The notes under the pieces are model-generated. The model saw only the letters and a list, made by a program, of their open reading frames with translations. It was not told the DNA's origin and did no database searches. A DNA stretch of 64,000 nt from an uncultured Thermoleophilia bacterium (lineage in GTDB: Bacteria; Actinomycetota; Thermoleophilia; UBA2241): NCBI GenBank assembly GCA_963707335.1, contig CAVPQD010000010.1:31676-95675 (forward strand). The letters run 5' to 3'. The stretch's first letter is position 1. Each line of letters opens with the position of its first letter. Of this stretch, positions 11,404-24,205 are shown one piece after another. Both the position numbers and the translations under genes were made by a program.

Positions 11404-12325
11404 ATGCCCATCCCCGAAGTCGACAAGATCTGGTCCAACGGCGAGCTCGTGCCCTGGCACGAGGCCAAGGTGCACGTGCTGACCCACGCCCTGCACTACG
11501 GCTCCGGGGTCTTCGAGGGCATCCGCTGCTACAGCACGCCCAAGGGTCCTGCCGTCTTCCGCCTCACCGACCATCTCAGGCGTCTGGAGCGCTCCGCGAA
11601 GCTCTACTACATGCCCGTGCCCTACACGCTCGAGCAGCTCTACGACGCGACCTTCGCGACCATCGCGGCCAACGGCCTCGAGGCCTGCTACATCCGGCCG
11701 CTCGTCTTCCGCGGCTACGGCGAGATGGGGCTCTTCCCGCTCAAGGCGCCGGTCGACGTGATCATCGCCGCCTGGCCCTGGGGCGCCTACCTGGGCGAGG
11801 AGGGCATCAAGCACGGCATCCGCGCCAAGGTCTCGAGCTATCCAGTCGCTCGACCACACGGCGCTGGCCCGCGCCGCCAAGGCCACGGGCCAGTATCTCA
11901 ACAGCATCCTCGCCAAGGTCGAGGCGACGAACGCCGGCTACGACGAGGCGATCATGCTGACGGAGCGCGGCCACGTGGCCGAGGGCTCGGGCGAGAACAT
12001 CTTCGTCGTGCGCGACGGCGTGCTCAGGACGCCGCCGCCCAGCGACGGCGTCCTCGAGGGCATCACCCGGGACGCCGTCATCAAGCTGGCCGCCGCCATG
12101 GGCATCCCCTGCGAGGAGCGCACCCTGGCGCGCAGCGACCTGGTGATCGCCGACGAGCTCTTCTACACGGGCACGGCGGCCGAGATCGTGCCCATCCGCG
12201 AGGTCGACGACCACGTCATCGGCGAACCGGGCCCCGTCACGCGGCGCATCCAGGACAGGTTCCGCGCCATCGTCGACGGGCTCGACGGGGAGTTCGGCCA
12301 CTTCATGGAGTACGCCCGGAGCTGA
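11404..12325 (+). CDS. ilvE: branched-chain amino acid aminotransferase (PLP fold type IV); one frame disruption (about 11845)
   Basis: [43 protein letters not shown]... After IRAKVSS the frame slips (tcgagctatccagtcgctc) and [65 protein letters not shown]...[15 protein letters not shown]... continues in the next frame to the stop at 12323-12325. Confidence 0.9.
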
Positions 12326-12359
12326 CGGACGCCGCCGCCGGCGGCGCGGGGAGGACCCG

Positions 12360-13947
12360 ATGAGCGAGCAGAGCGTACAGCTGTACGACACCACCCTGCG
12401 CGACGGCATGCAGCAGGAAGGCATGTCGGTGTCGGTGGACGAGAAGGTCCGCATCGCGCTCAAGCTGGACGAGCTCGGCATCCACTTCATCGAGGGCGGC
12501 TTCCCCGCGTCCAACCCCAAGGAGATCGCGTTCTTCCGGCGGATGCGCGACGAGCGGCTCGAGCACGCGGAGCTCGTCGCCTTCGGCATGACGCGGCGCA
12601 AGGGCGCGCCGGCCGCGGCCGACGACAACCTGCGCGTGCTGGCCGAGGTCTTCACGCCCACGGTCGCCATCGTCGGCAAGACCTGGGGCCTGCACCTCAG
12701 CAAGGTGCTGCGCGTGAGCCGCGACGAGAACCTGCGCATGATCGACGAGTCGGTGCGCTTCCTCGTCGCGCAGGGCAAGCGCGTCGTCTACGACGCCGAG
12801 CATTTCTTCGACGCCTACCGCGACGACGCGGACTACGCCATGAGGTGCGTGACCGCCGCCGCCGAGGCGGGCGCGGCGGTCGTCTGCCTGTGCGACACCA
12901 ACGGCGCGGCGCTGCCGCCCTTCGTGGAGCAGGTCGTCGCCGAGGTGGCCGGCCGGGCGCCGGCCGTCGTCGGCGTCCACATCCACAACGACAGCGACTG
13001 CGCCGTCGCCAACAGCCTGGTGGCGGTCGAGCGCCGGCGCCGGCCACGTGCAGGGCACGGTGAACGGCTACGGCGAGCGCTGCGGCAACGCCAACCTGGT
13101 CTCCATCATCCCGGCGCTGGTGCTCAAGATGGGCCTCCCCGTGGTCAGCGACGAGCAGCTGGCGCTGCTCAGCGAGACGGCGCACTTCGTCGCCGAGACG
13201 GCGAACCAGGCCGTCTGGGGGCACGCGCCCTACGTCGGGCCGCGCCGCCTTCGCCCACAAGGGCGGGCTGCACGTCGCGGCCGTCGAGCACGCGCCGCAG
13301 ACCTTCGAGCACGTCGATCCGGAGCGCGTCGGCAACGAGCAGCGCATCCTCATCAGCGAGCTCTCCGGCAAGGGCGCGGTGCTGCGCAAGGCGCACGAGC
13401 TGGGCCTGCAGGCTGGAGGGCGACGACGAACGCGTCGGCGTCATCCTCAAGCGCCTCAAGGACCGCGAGCACCGCGGCTACCACTACGAGGCCGCCGACG
13501 CGTCGTTCGACCTGCTGCTGCGCGAGGAGCTGGCGCCGCACGAGCCCCTGTTCCGCCTGGAGAGCTTCCGCGTGCTCGTGGAGAAGCGCGAGGACGGCAA
13601 GGGCGGTGGTTGAGGCCACCATCAAGGTGCACGTGGGCGGCGAGCGCATCATCAGCACGGCCGAGGGCAACGGCCCGGTGAACGCGCTGGACAGCGCCCT
13701 GCGCCAGGCGATCGTGAGCAAGTACCCGCACCTCGCCGACATCGAGCTCGTGAACTACAAGGTGCGCATCCTCGACGAGAACAAGGGCACCGGCGCCGTC
13801 ACGCGCGTGCTCCTGGACGCCAGCGACGGCGAGGACAGCTGGGGCAGCATCGGCGTGAGCGAGAACGTCGTCGAGGCCAGCTGGGAGGCCCTGGTCGACT
13901 CCATCGAGTACGGCATGCTGCGGAGCCAGGATGAGCGCCGGCGCTGA
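12360..13947 (+). CDS. cimA: (R)-citramalate synthase (LeuA-family, Geobacter CimA type); reading frame broken about 4 times (about 13035, 13245, 13410, 13600)
   Basis: [61 protein letters not shown]... matches the LYDTTLRDG(T/M)Q...IHYIEGG pattern I recall for Geobacter-type CimA. Catalytic core [18 protein letters not shown] then ...[23 protein letters not shown]... in frame +1, ...[21 protein letters not shown]...[15 protein letters not shown] in frame +2, [36 protein letters not shown]... back in frame 0, and the LeuA_dimer-like tail [56 protein letters not shown]... in frame +1 to TGA at 13945-13947. Confidence 0.8.
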
Positions 13948-13990
13948 GGAGCGGAGCGGCCGCCGGGGCGCGATGAGCGGCCGCCCAGAC

Positions 13991-14767
13991 ATGGTCGACC
14001 AGCGGCCGCCGGCCGGCGCCGCCGGCCGCGTCGCCGTCGCCGGCGACGAGCGGCACTGCCGCTTCACCGGCGACGGCGTGGAGCTGCTCGACCGGCCGGC
14101 CTGGCAGGCGGGCGCGGCCGTGACCGGCGAGGCGGCGCTCGCGGACTGCCGCCTGCTCGCGCCGGTCGTGCCCGGCAAGGTCGTCGCCGTCGGCCTCAAC
14201 TACCGGGCGCACGCCGAGGAGTTGCGCATGGAGACCCAGGCGGAGCCCATCCTCTTCATGAAGCCGCGCACGGCGGTGATCGGGCCGGGCGACAGCATCG
14301 TCCGCCCGGCCCGCAGCATGCAGGTCGACTACGAGGCCGAGCTGGTCGTCGTCGTGGGCCGGCGCTGCAAGGACGTCGCGCCGGCCGAGGCCGCCGACGT
14401 CGTCGCCGGCTACACCTGCGGCAACGACGTCACGGCCCGCGACCTGCAGAAGCTGGACGGCCAGTGGACGCGGGCCAAGAGCTTCGACACCTTCTGCCCG
14501 CTCGGGCCGTGGATCGTGGCCGAGGCGCCGTCGCCGCGGCGCGCGTCAGCGCGCTCCTCGACGGCGCCGAGGTGCAGCACGGCCAGGTCGGCGACATGAT
14601 CGTCTCGCCGCTCGAGCTGCTGGCGTTCGTGAGCGGCATCATGACGCTGGAGCCGGGCGACGTGATCATGACGGGCACGCCGCCCGGCGTCGGTCCGCTT
14701 GGCTGCCGGCCAGACGGTGACGATCGCCGTCGAGGGCGTCGGCGAGCTCAGCAATCCGGTCGTCTAG
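13991..14767 (+). CDS. fumarylacetoacetate hydrolase (FAH) family protein (HpcE/2-keto-4-pentenoate hydratase-like); 2 frame disruptions; start uncertain (13931-13991)
   Basis: ...VVAVGLNYRAHAEELRMETQAEPILFMKPRTAVIGPGDSIVRPARSMQVDYEAELVVVVGRRCKDV...YTCGNDVTARDLQ...QWTRAKSFDTFCPLGPWIV is the FAH fold. Continues as ...AARVSALLDGAEVQHGQVGDMIVSPLELLAFVSGIMTLEPGDVIMTGTPPGVGPL after a shift, then AAGQTVTIAVEGVGELSNPVV* after a second shift (TAG 14765-14767). Confidence 0.7.
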
Positions 14768-14872
14768 ACGCGATTTCCGGGGGCTTCCTGGAGCACGGCC
14801 GGCACCCGGCCGCTGCCGGGCGGCGTCCGGTGACGGCGGCCCTCACCGGCACCGTGGTAGATGCTAGAATCC

Positions 14873-17800
14873 ATGGAGTCCATGGGCCCCGGTTTCGTTC
14901 ATCTCCACGTGCACAGCGAGTACTCGCTGCTCGACGGCGCCTGCCGTGTGAAGGCGCTCGTCCAGCGGGCGAAGGAGCTGGGCATGCCGGCGGTGGCGCT
15001 CACCGACCACGGCACGCTGGGCGGCGCCGTGCAGTTCTACCGCGCCGCCCGGGACGAGGACATCAAACCCATCATCGGCCTGGAGCTCTACGTGGCCGGC
15101 GACCGGCACGCTCGCGGCGGCGTCAAGGAGCGCTTCGCCCACCTCACGCTGCTGGCCAAGGACGAGTCCGGCTACAAGAACCTGGTCAAGCTCTCCACGC
15201 GCGCCTACCTGGAGGGCTACTACTACAAGCCGCGCGCCGACTGGGAGCTGCTCAGCGAGCATCACGAGGGCCTCATCGCGCTGAGCGGCTGCATGAGCGG
15301 CCGCATCTCGCTGCTGCTGCGCGAGGGCAACGACGAGGCCGCTCTGGCCGAGCTGCTGCGCCTCAAGGAGCTGTTCGGCCCGGACGACCTGTTCGTGGAG
15401 CTGCAGGACGCCGGCCTCCCCGAGCAGCGCGAGCTGCTGCCGCAGCTCGCGCGGCTCGCCGACCAGGCCGGCCTGCGCACCGTCGCCACCAACGACGTGC
15501 ACTACCTGCGCCACGAGGACGCCTACGCCCACGACGCGCTGCTCTGCATCCAGACGCAGAGCAACCTCGCCGACGAGGACCGCATGCGCTACGGCAGCGA
15601 CGAGTTCTACCTCAAGTCGGCGGACGAGATGCGCGAGCGCTTCAAGGACTACCCCGGCGCCTGCGACGCCACCCTGGACATCGCCGCGCGCTGTGACGTG
15701 GCCCTGGACTTCGGCGACTACAAGCTGCCCAGCTATCCCGTGCCGGACGGCTACACCGAGGCCTCGTACCTGCGCGCAGCTCTGCGAGCAGGGGATCGTG
15801 CGGCGCTACGGCGCCGAGCCCGGCGCCGAGGTGCGCGAGCGCCTCGACTTCGAGCTCGGCGTCATCAACGACATGGGCTTCGACGCGTACTTCCTGATCG
15901 TCTGGGACTACGTGAAGTACGCCAAGGACAACGGCATCGCCGTCGGCCCCGGCAGGGGCTCGGCCGCCGGCTCCATCGTCAGCTACGCCCTGGCCATCAC
16001 CGACATCGACCCGCTCAAGTACGACCTGCTCTTCGAGCGCTTCCTCAATCCGGGGCGCAAGAGCATGCCGGACATCGACATGGACTTCAGCGTGGCGCGC
16101 CGCGAGGAAGTCATCGACTACGTGGCGCAGAAGTACGGCCGCGACCGCGTGGCGCAGATCATCACCTTCGGCACCATGGCGGCGCGGGCCGCGGTGCGCG
16201 ACGCGGCCCGGGTGCTGGGCCACCCCTACGCGGTCGGCGACAAGATCGCCAAGATGATCCCGGAGCAGGCGCCGCCGGCGACCTTCGCGCAGGCGATGCT
16301 GCCCGGCGGCGAGCTCAAGCAGGCCTACGACGCCGACGCCCAGGTCAAGGAGGTCGTCGACCTGGCGATGAGCCTCGAGGGCCTCATCCGCAACGACTCC
16401 ATCCACGCCGCCGCCGTCGTCATCAGCGACCAGCCGCTCACCGAGTACCTGCCGCTGCAGCAGAAGGGCGACGCCGAGCTCGTCACCCAGTTCGACATGA
16501 ACGACGTCGCCAAGCTGGGCCTGCTCAAGATGGACTTCCTGGGGCTGCGCAACCTGGACGTCATCGAGGCGGCGCTCGAGATCATCGAGAAGACCGACGG
16601 GGTGTGCATCGAGATCGACCAGCTGCCCCTGGACGACGAGAAGACCTACAGGATGCTGGCGCGCGGCGACGCCACCGGCGTGTTCCAGTTCGAGAGCGCC
16701 GGCATGCGCGAGGCGCTGCGCGAGGTGGGGCCCACGCAGTTCGAGGACCTCATCGCCCTCGTGGCCCTCTACCGCCCCGGCCCCATGCAGTACATCCCGA
16801 CCTACGCGCGCAACAAGCGCGACCCGGCCTCGGTCGTCTACGACCACGAGGCCCTGCGCCCCATCCTGGAGCCCACCCACGGCGTGACCATCTACCAGGA
16901 GCAGTACATGGCCATCGCCCGCCAGGTGGGCGGCTTCAGCCCGGCCCAGGCCGACGACCTGCGCAAGGCCATCAGCAAGAAGAACAAGCAGCTGATGGCC
17001 ACCCTCAAGGAGCCGCTCATGGCCGGGCTCGCCGAGCAAGGGCCTGCCGCCGGCCGTGAGCCACAAGCTCTGGGCCAACTTCGAGGCCACCGGCGACTAC
17101 TCGTTCAACAAGAGCCACGCCGCCTGCTACGCGCTCATCAGCTACCGCACCGCCTGGCTCAAGGCCAACTACCCGGTCGAGTACATGGCGGCGCTCGTCT
17201 CGAGCGTGATGAACACCAAGGACAAGGTGCCCTTCTACGTGAACCAGTGCCATGAGATGGGGATCGAGGTGCTGCCGCCGGACGTCAACGAGAGCGACGT
17301 CGGGTTCACCGTCGTGGAGGGCAAGATCCGCTTCGGCCTGAACGCCGTGAAGGGCGTGGGGCGCGGCGCCATCGAGGCGATCATCGCGGCCCGCGCCGAC
17401 GGGCCCTTCACCTCCGTCTTCGACTTCTGCGCCCGCGTCGACTCGCAGCTCGCCAACAAGCGCACGCTGGAGGCGCTCATCAAGAGCGGCGCCTTCGACA
17501 GCACCGGCGACCCGCGGCGCGGCATGCTGGAGGCGCTGCCGCTGGCGATGGCGGACGGCGAGCGGCGCCGCAAGGACCGCGCCCAGGGGCAGGGCGGCCT
17601 CTTCGACCATCGCAGAGGACGGCGTCGCTCACCAGCCGCAGGTGCCGCGCCGCGAGTTCGACCAGGCCACCCTCCTGCGGGAGGAGAAGGAGGCGCTCGG
17701 GCCTCTACGTCTCCGCCCACCCCCTGCAGGGCCTGCGCCAGCAGCTGCGCGACGAGATCGAGGTGCCGGTCGCGGCCCTGGGCGACGTGCCGGACGGGGC

Positions 17801-18290
17801 CATGCTCTGGACCGGCGGCATCGTCTCCAACGCGCAGCGCAAGGTCAGCAAGAACGGCGGCGTGTGGCTGGCGTTCCGCCTGGAGGACGTCGACGGCAGC
17901 ATCGACTGTCGCGCCTGGCCTGCGACCTACGAGCAGTACCGCGACCTGCTGGTCGAGGACGGCATCGTCAAGGTCAAGGCGCGGGTGGAGAGCAAGCCGG
18001 ACGCCGAGACGCAGCTCATCGCCATCGAGGCGTTGCCCTTCAGCGGCGTCAGCGAGTACCGGCCGCTCACCGTGACCATCGACGCGCAGCGCGTGCGGCC
18101 CAGCGTGCTGGACGACCTGCGGCGCATCCTCGCCGACTTCCCCGGGCAGGTGCCGGTCGTGCTGCACATGGTCGGGCCCGGCGAGCGCGCCCGGCTGCGC
18201 GTGGGCGACACGCTGCGCGTGGCGCCGGTGGCCGGGCTGTACGCCGAGCTCAAGGCGCTCCTCGGGGAGAGCTGCATCGGAGTGGGCTGA
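14873..18290 (+). CDS. dnaE: DNA polymerase III alpha subunit; at least 4 frame disruptions (about 15778, 17045, 17600, 17700); start could be ATG 14861/14873/14882
   Basis: PHP domain MGPGFVHLHVHSEYSLLDGACRVKALVQRAKELGMPAVALTDHGTL... Frame shift then pol core ...[47 protein letters not shown]...PDIDMDF... Shift then ...SHKLWANFEATGDYSFNKSHAACYALISYRTAWLKANYP...HhH... Shift then OB-fold tail ...WTGGIVSNAQRKVSKNGGVWLAFRLEDVDGSIDCRAW... to the TGA at 18288-18290. Confidence 0.9.
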
Positions 18291-18315
18291 GCGGCGCCGG
18301 CGGCGCCCGACGAAC

Positions 18316-19535
18316 GGAGGACCCCGTGATCCCGGAAGGCATGCGCGACGTGCTCCCGCCCGAGACGGCGCAGCTGCGCGCCGTCGAGGCCGCGCTGGCG
18401 CGGCGCTTCGCGGCCTACGGCTACGACGAGGTCCGCACGCCGTCCCTGGAGTTCGCCGAGACCCTGGAGCTGCCGGGCGACGACACCCTGGCCGCCGGCT
18501 ACCGGCTCTTCGACGAACAGGGCCGCGAGCTCATCCTGCGCACGGACATGACCGTGCCCGTGGCGCGCCTGGCCGCCTCGCGCTTCGAGGAGCGGCCCCT
18601 GCCCCTGCGCTTCTCCTACATCGCGCCGTCGATCCGCCCCTGGGCGCCCCAGCGCAGCCAGGACGGCGAGTTCGTGCAGGCCGGGGTGGAGCTGCTCGGC
18701 CTGCGCTCGGCGGCGGCCGACGCCGAGTGCGTCACGCTGCTCTGCGACGCGCTCTCGTCGCTGGGCCTGCGCGACTTCCGCGTGGCCCTCGGCAACGTGG
18801 CGTTCTACCGGGGCCTGGTGGCCTCACTGGGCCTCGACGCCGACGACGCCGAGGCGCTGCTGGACGCGCTCGCCGACCGCGACTACCCCCTGGTGGAGAG
18901 CATCGCCGGCAAGGCGGACGTCCCCGACGAGGCGCGCCGCGACCTGCAGCGGGCCCTGGAGCTCAGCGGCACGAAGGACGTGCTGGCGCATGCGCGCAAG
19001 CTCGCCAGCACCCCCGAGATGGAGATCGGCCGTCGAGCATCTGGTACGCGTGCGCGAACTGGTGGACGACGCCGGGTTCGACGAGTTCCTCGCCTTCGAC
19101 TTCGCGCTGTTCCAGGACCTCACCTACTACAGCGGGGTCATCTTCGAGGCCTACGCGCCCGGCGTCGGCCTGCCCATCGCCACGGGCGGCCGCTACGACG
19201 GGCTGCTCGCCAAGTTCGAGTGGGACGTGCCCGGCGTGGGCTTCGCCATCGCCGTGGACCGCCTGCACGACGCGCTCGAGGAGGCGGGAGCGGCGCCGGC
19301 GGCGCCGGCGCCGGCGCTCTCCTTCGTCGGCGGCCTGGACGAGCCGGCGCGGGCCACGGAGCTGCGCCGCGCCGGCTGGGACGTGGCCTGCCTGCCGGGT
19401 GACGCCGCCGCCGGGCCGCCGCTGGTGCGCCGTGCCGGCGGCTCCTACGTGCTGGAGCTGCCCGGCGCCGCGCCCGTGGAGGGCGGCTGGCGCGACGTGG
19501 TGCGAGCGCTGCGCGCCGCCCGGGGGCCGGGGTGA
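18316..19535 (+). CDS. hisZ: ATP phosphoribosyltransferase regulatory subunit (HisS paralog lacking anticodon-binding domain); one frame disruption (about 19030)
   Basis: GTG 18316 behind GGAGG; VIPEGMRDVLPPETAQLRAVEAALARRFAAYGYDEVRTPSLEFAETLEL...RLFDEQGRELILRTDMTVPVARL... has class-II aaRS HisS-like core motifs. After ...ASTPEMEIG the frame shifts; resumes ...VEHLVRVRELVDDAGFDEFLAFDFALFQDLTYYSGVIFEAYAPGVGLPIATGGRYDGLL... to TGA 19533-19535, overlapping the hisG GTG. Confidence 0.8.
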
Positions 19536-20139
19536 GGATCGGCGTCGCCTGCGACGACGCGCCCATCACGGCGGTCGCGGCGCTCCTTGGTGAAGCCGGC
19601 CTGCACACGAGCCGCCTCACGGCCACCGTCGCGCCGGCGCTGTTGCCGGGGACTCCCGACCAGTGGCTGCTCGCGCCCGGCGCCGACGTGCTCGCCTGCT
19701 GCGAGCGCGGCGCCGTGGACGTGGCCGTCGTCGGCAAGGACCTGCTGCTCGAGCTCGAGCCGTCGCTGCCCGAGCTGCTCGACCTGGGCGTCTGCCGCGA
19801 TCGCCTGGTGTACGCCGTGGCGCCCGGCAGCCGGCGCGCGCGGCCGCGCGTGGCGACGCGGTATCCGCGCCTCACGCGGCGGCATTTCGACGCCACCGGC
19901 CGCCAGATCGAGACGGTCGCGCTGGGCCCCGCGGCAGCACTGACGCCGGCGCTCGGCGCCGCCGACGGCGTCGTGGAACTGGAGACCCGGCTCGCCCGGC
20001 TGCCGCAGGAGCTGGCGGTCGCGGAGGAGATCGCCCCGTGCACGGCGAGGCTCATCGCCTCGCGGGGTGCGCGCGTCCTGGCCGCCGAGCGCCTCACCGA
20101 GCTGGTAAGGCGCCTGCGGGCGATAGTCGAGGGCCGGTG

Positions 20140-20140
<1 letters not shown>
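19532..20140 (+). CDS. hisG: ATP phosphoribosyltransferase, short (HisZ-dependent) form
   Basis: 202 aa, MRIGVACDDAPITAVAALLGEAGL...DVAVVGKDLLLE...; short length plus the adjacent hisZ with overlapping GTGA point to the hetero-octameric HisGZ type; intact. Confidence 0.9.
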
Positions 20141-21399
<1,259 letters not shown>

Positions 21400-21407
21400 G
21401 GGAGCCC

Positions 21408-22001
21408 ATGGACGGACAGCGCAGCGCCCAGGTCCACCGCACGACCAGCGAGACCGACGTGCGCGTGTCGCTCGGCATCGACGGTACCGGGCGGGCCGAA
21501 GTGAGCACCGGGATCGGTTTCCTGGACCACATGCTCGAGCTGTTCGCGCACCACGGCCGCTTCGATCTGCAGGTGAAGGCGACGGGCGACCTGGACGTGG
21601 ACGGCCACCACACGGTGGAGGACATCGGCCTGGCCCTCGGTCAGGCGCTGGCCCAGGCCCTGGGCGACAAGCGCGGCATCCGCCGCTACGGCTCCTTCCT
21701 GCTGCCCATGGACGAGGCCCTTGCCATGGTCGTCCTGGATCTGTCGGGACGGCCCTACTTCGCCCACGACCTGCAGCTCGCCGGCGTGCGTATCGGCGAG
21801 TTCGACGCCGACCTCACGGCGCACTTCCTGCGCTCGCTCTCGACGCAGGCGGGCATGACGCTGCACGTGCGCCTGCTGGCCGGCGCCGACGCCCACCACA
21901 TCGTCGAGGCGGTGTTCAAGGGGGTGGCGCGGGCGCTTGCGGAGGCCTGCGAGCGCCACGGCCGCGACGATGAGGTGCCGTCCACCAAGGGCACGCTCTG
22001 A
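21408..22001 (+). CDS. hisB: imidazoleglycerol-phosphate dehydratase
   Basis: MDGQRSAQVHRTTSETDVRVSLGIDGTGRAEVSTGIGFLDHMLELFAHHGRFDLQVKATGDLDVDGHHTVEDIGLALG... is the IGPD signature; ATG 21408 behind GAGGGAG. Confidence 0.9.
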   Translation: MDGQRSAQVHRTTSETDVRVSLGIDGTGRAEVSTGIGFLDHMLELFAHHGRFDLQVKATGDLDVDGHHTVEDIGLALGQALAQALGDKRGIRRYGSFLLPMDEALAMVVLDLSGRPYFAHDLQLAGVRIGEFDADLTAHFLRSLSTQAGMTLHVRLLAGADAHHIVEAVFKGVARALAEACERHGRDDEVPSTKGTL

Positions 22002-22006
22002 CGGCC

Positions 22007-22651
22007 ATGCCGCGCGCCGCCCGCCCCGCGATCGCCGTCGTGGACTACGGCATGGGCAACCTCGCGAGTGTCGCCAAGGCGCTGGAGCGAAGCGGCGCCG
22101 AGGCGCGGATCACCCAGAGCACCGCCGTCGTACACGACGCCGGCGCGGTGGTGCTGCCCGGCGTCGGCGCCTTCCGCGACGCGGCGCTACGGCTCGAGCA
22201 CAGCGGCCTGGGCGCGGCCGTGCTCGAGCGCATCGCCGCCGGCCGCCCCTTCCTCGGCGTGTGCCTCGGCCTGCAGCTGCTCCTCGAGAGCAGCGGCGAG
22301 GGTGGGCGCTGGAGCGGGCTCGGCGTGTTCCCCGGCACGGTGGAGCGCATCGACACGACCCTCAAGGTGCCGCACATCGGCTGGAACGACCTGGAGTGGA
22401 CGGCGGCCGGGGCGGGCATGTCCTCCGGGCTGCCCGCTCCGGCCGCCGTGTACTTCGTCCACTCGTACGCGGCGCGGCCTACGGACCCCGCGCTGATCGC
22501 GGCGACGACCGACTACGGCGGTCCCGTCGTCGCGGCTCTGGCGCGGGACAACGTCTGGGCGGTACAGTTCCACCCGGAGAAGAGCTCGTCCGTCGGGCTC
22601 CGTCTCCTGGCCAACTTCGTCGCACAGGTCACACAGGAGGCCGCCACATGA
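22007..22651 (+). CDS. hisH: imidazole glycerol phosphate synthase, glutamine amidotransferase subunit
   Basis: IAVVDYGMGNLASVAKALER...LPGVGAF...GRPFLGVCLGLQLL...VQFHPEKS are class-I GATase Cys-His-Glu motifs. Confidence 0.9.
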   Translation: MPRAARPAIAVVDYGMGNLASVAKALERSGAEARITQSTAVVHDAGAVVLPGVGAFRDAALRLEHSGLGAAVLERIAAGRPFLGVCLGLQLLLESSGEGGRWSGLGVFPGTVERIDTTLKVPHIGWNDLEWTAAGAGMSSGLPAPAAVYFVHSYAARPTDPALIAATTDYGGPVVAALARDNVWAVQFHPEKSSSVGLRLLANFVAQVTQEAAT

Positions 22652-23373
22652 TCGTCTTCCCAGCCGTCGACATCCAGGGTGGAAAGGCGGTCCGGCTGCG
22701 CCGCGGCGACTTTCAGGACGTCACGGTGTTCGGCGACGACCCCGTCGAGCTCGCCCGTCACTGGCAGGCCGAGGGCGCCGAAGCCCTGCACGTCGTGGAC
22801 CTCGACGCCGCTCGCTCCGGCCAGCCCGTCAACCTCGAGATCGTCGAGCGCATCGTCAAGGCGATGGACATCCCCGTGCAGTACGGCGGAGGCGTCCGCG
22901 ACGCCAAGAGCCTGGCCCTGGTGGCGGGCATCGGCGTGCACTGGTGCGTCATGGGCACCGCCGCCGTCACGGCGCTGGAGCTGCTGGACGACGCCGTCAA
23001 CTGGCTCGGCGACCGGCTTGTGGTCGGCCTCGACTGCACCGACGGCATGGTGGCGACACACGGCTGGCAGGAGCGCACGCAGATGAGCGCGATCCATTTC
23101 AGCAAGATCCTCGCCGATCACGGCGTGCGCCGCGTGGTGTACACGGACACGGCCCGCGACGGCATGCTCGGCGGGCCGAACCTGGTGGGCCTGCGCGACC
23201 TGGCCGAGGTCTCGCCGCTGGAGATCGTGCTGGCGGGCGGCGTCGGGCTGCTGGACGACCTGCGCCGCGTGAAGAAGCTGGACGCCCCCACCGTCGTCGG
23301 CGTCATCGTCGGCCGCGCCCTGTACGAGAAGTCGTTCACGCTGCAGCAGGCGCGGGCGGTCTTCGCCGGCTGA
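22648..23373 (+). CDS. hisA: 1-(5-phosphoribosyl)-5-[(5-phosphoribosylamino)methylideneamino]imidazole-4-carboxamide isomerase (possibly bifunctional PriA type)
   Basis: MIVFPAVDIQGGKAVRLRRGDF...DLDAA...(beta/alpha)8 HisA pattern; start overlaps the hisH stop (ATGA). Confidence 0.9.
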   Translation: MIVFPAVDIQGGKAVRLRRGDFQDVTVFGDDPVELARHWQAEGAEALHVVDLDAARSGQPVNLEIVERIVKAMDIPVQYGGGVRDAKSLALVAGIGVHWCVMGTAAVTALELLDDAVNWLGDRLVVGLDCTDGMVATHGWQERTQMSAIHFSKILADHGVRRVVYTDTARDGMLGGPNLVGLRDLAEVSPLEIVLAGGVGLLDDLRRVKKLDAPTVVGVIVGRALYEKSFTLQQARAVFAG

Positions 23374-23394
23374 GCGCGCGGCGAGCGAGGACAG

Positions 23395-24198
23395 GTGCAC
23401 CGCAAGCGCGTCATCCCGTGCCTGGACGTGCGCGACGGGCGCGTGGTCAAGGGCGTCAACTTCGTCGGGCTGCGGGACGCCGGCGACCCCGTCGAGCTGG
23501 CCTCGCGCTACGACGCCGAAGGCGCCGACGAGCTCGTCTTCCTGGACATCACCGCCTCGCACGAGCGCCGCGACATCATCGCCGGCCTCGCGGCGCGCTG
23601 CGCGGAGCAGGTCTTCATCCCCTTCACGATCGGCGGCGGCCTGAGCAGCGAGGACGACGTGCGCATGATCCTCGCCGCCGGCGCGGACAAGGTCACGATG
23701 AACACGGCCGCCGTGCGGGACCCGTCGCTCATCGAACGCTGCGCCGCGCGCTTCGGCTCGCAGTGCATCGTCGTGGCGATCGACGCAAAGCGTCTGACGG
23801 GGAGCGGGGAGGGCGGCCGGCCGGCGCGCTGGCAGGTCTACGTGCACGGCGGCCGCACGCCGACCGGCATCGACGCGGTCGCCTGGGCTACGCGCGCCGC
23901 GGAGCTCGGCGCCGGCGAGTTCATGCTCACCAGCATGGACCGCGACGGCACCCTTGACGGCTACGATCTGGAGCTGACCCGGACGGTCGCGCGCGCGGTG
24001 GACGTACCGGTCATCGCTTCGGGGGGTGCGGGCACGCTGGAGCACCTCGCCGCCGGCCTCACCGAGGGCGAGGCCGACGCCGTGCTCGCCGCCAGCATCT
24101 TCCACTTCGGCACCCATACACTGGCCGAGACCAAGGCGTACCTGGCGGCGCGCGGCATCCCCGTGCGCCTCGTCGCGCCGGCGACGGCGACCGGTTGA
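23395..24198 (+). CDS. hisF: imidazole glycerol phosphate synthase, cyclase subunit
   Basis: [52 protein letters not shown]...GGGLSS...IASGGAG; GTG start 23395. Confidence 0.95.
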   Translation: MHRKRVIPCLDVRDGRVVKGVNFVGLRDAGDPVELASRYDAEGADELVFLDITASHERRDIIAGLAARCAEQVFIPFTIGGGLSSEDDVRMILAAGADKVTMNTAAVRDPSLIERCAARFGSQCIVVAIDAKRLTGSGEGGRPARWQVYVHGGRTPTGIDAVAWATRAAELGAGEFMLTSMDRDGTLDGYDLELTRTVARAVDVPVIASGGAGTLEHLAAGLTEGEADAVLAASIFHFGTHTLAETKAYLAARGIPVRLVAPATATG

Positions 24199-24205
24199 GG
24201 CGGCC

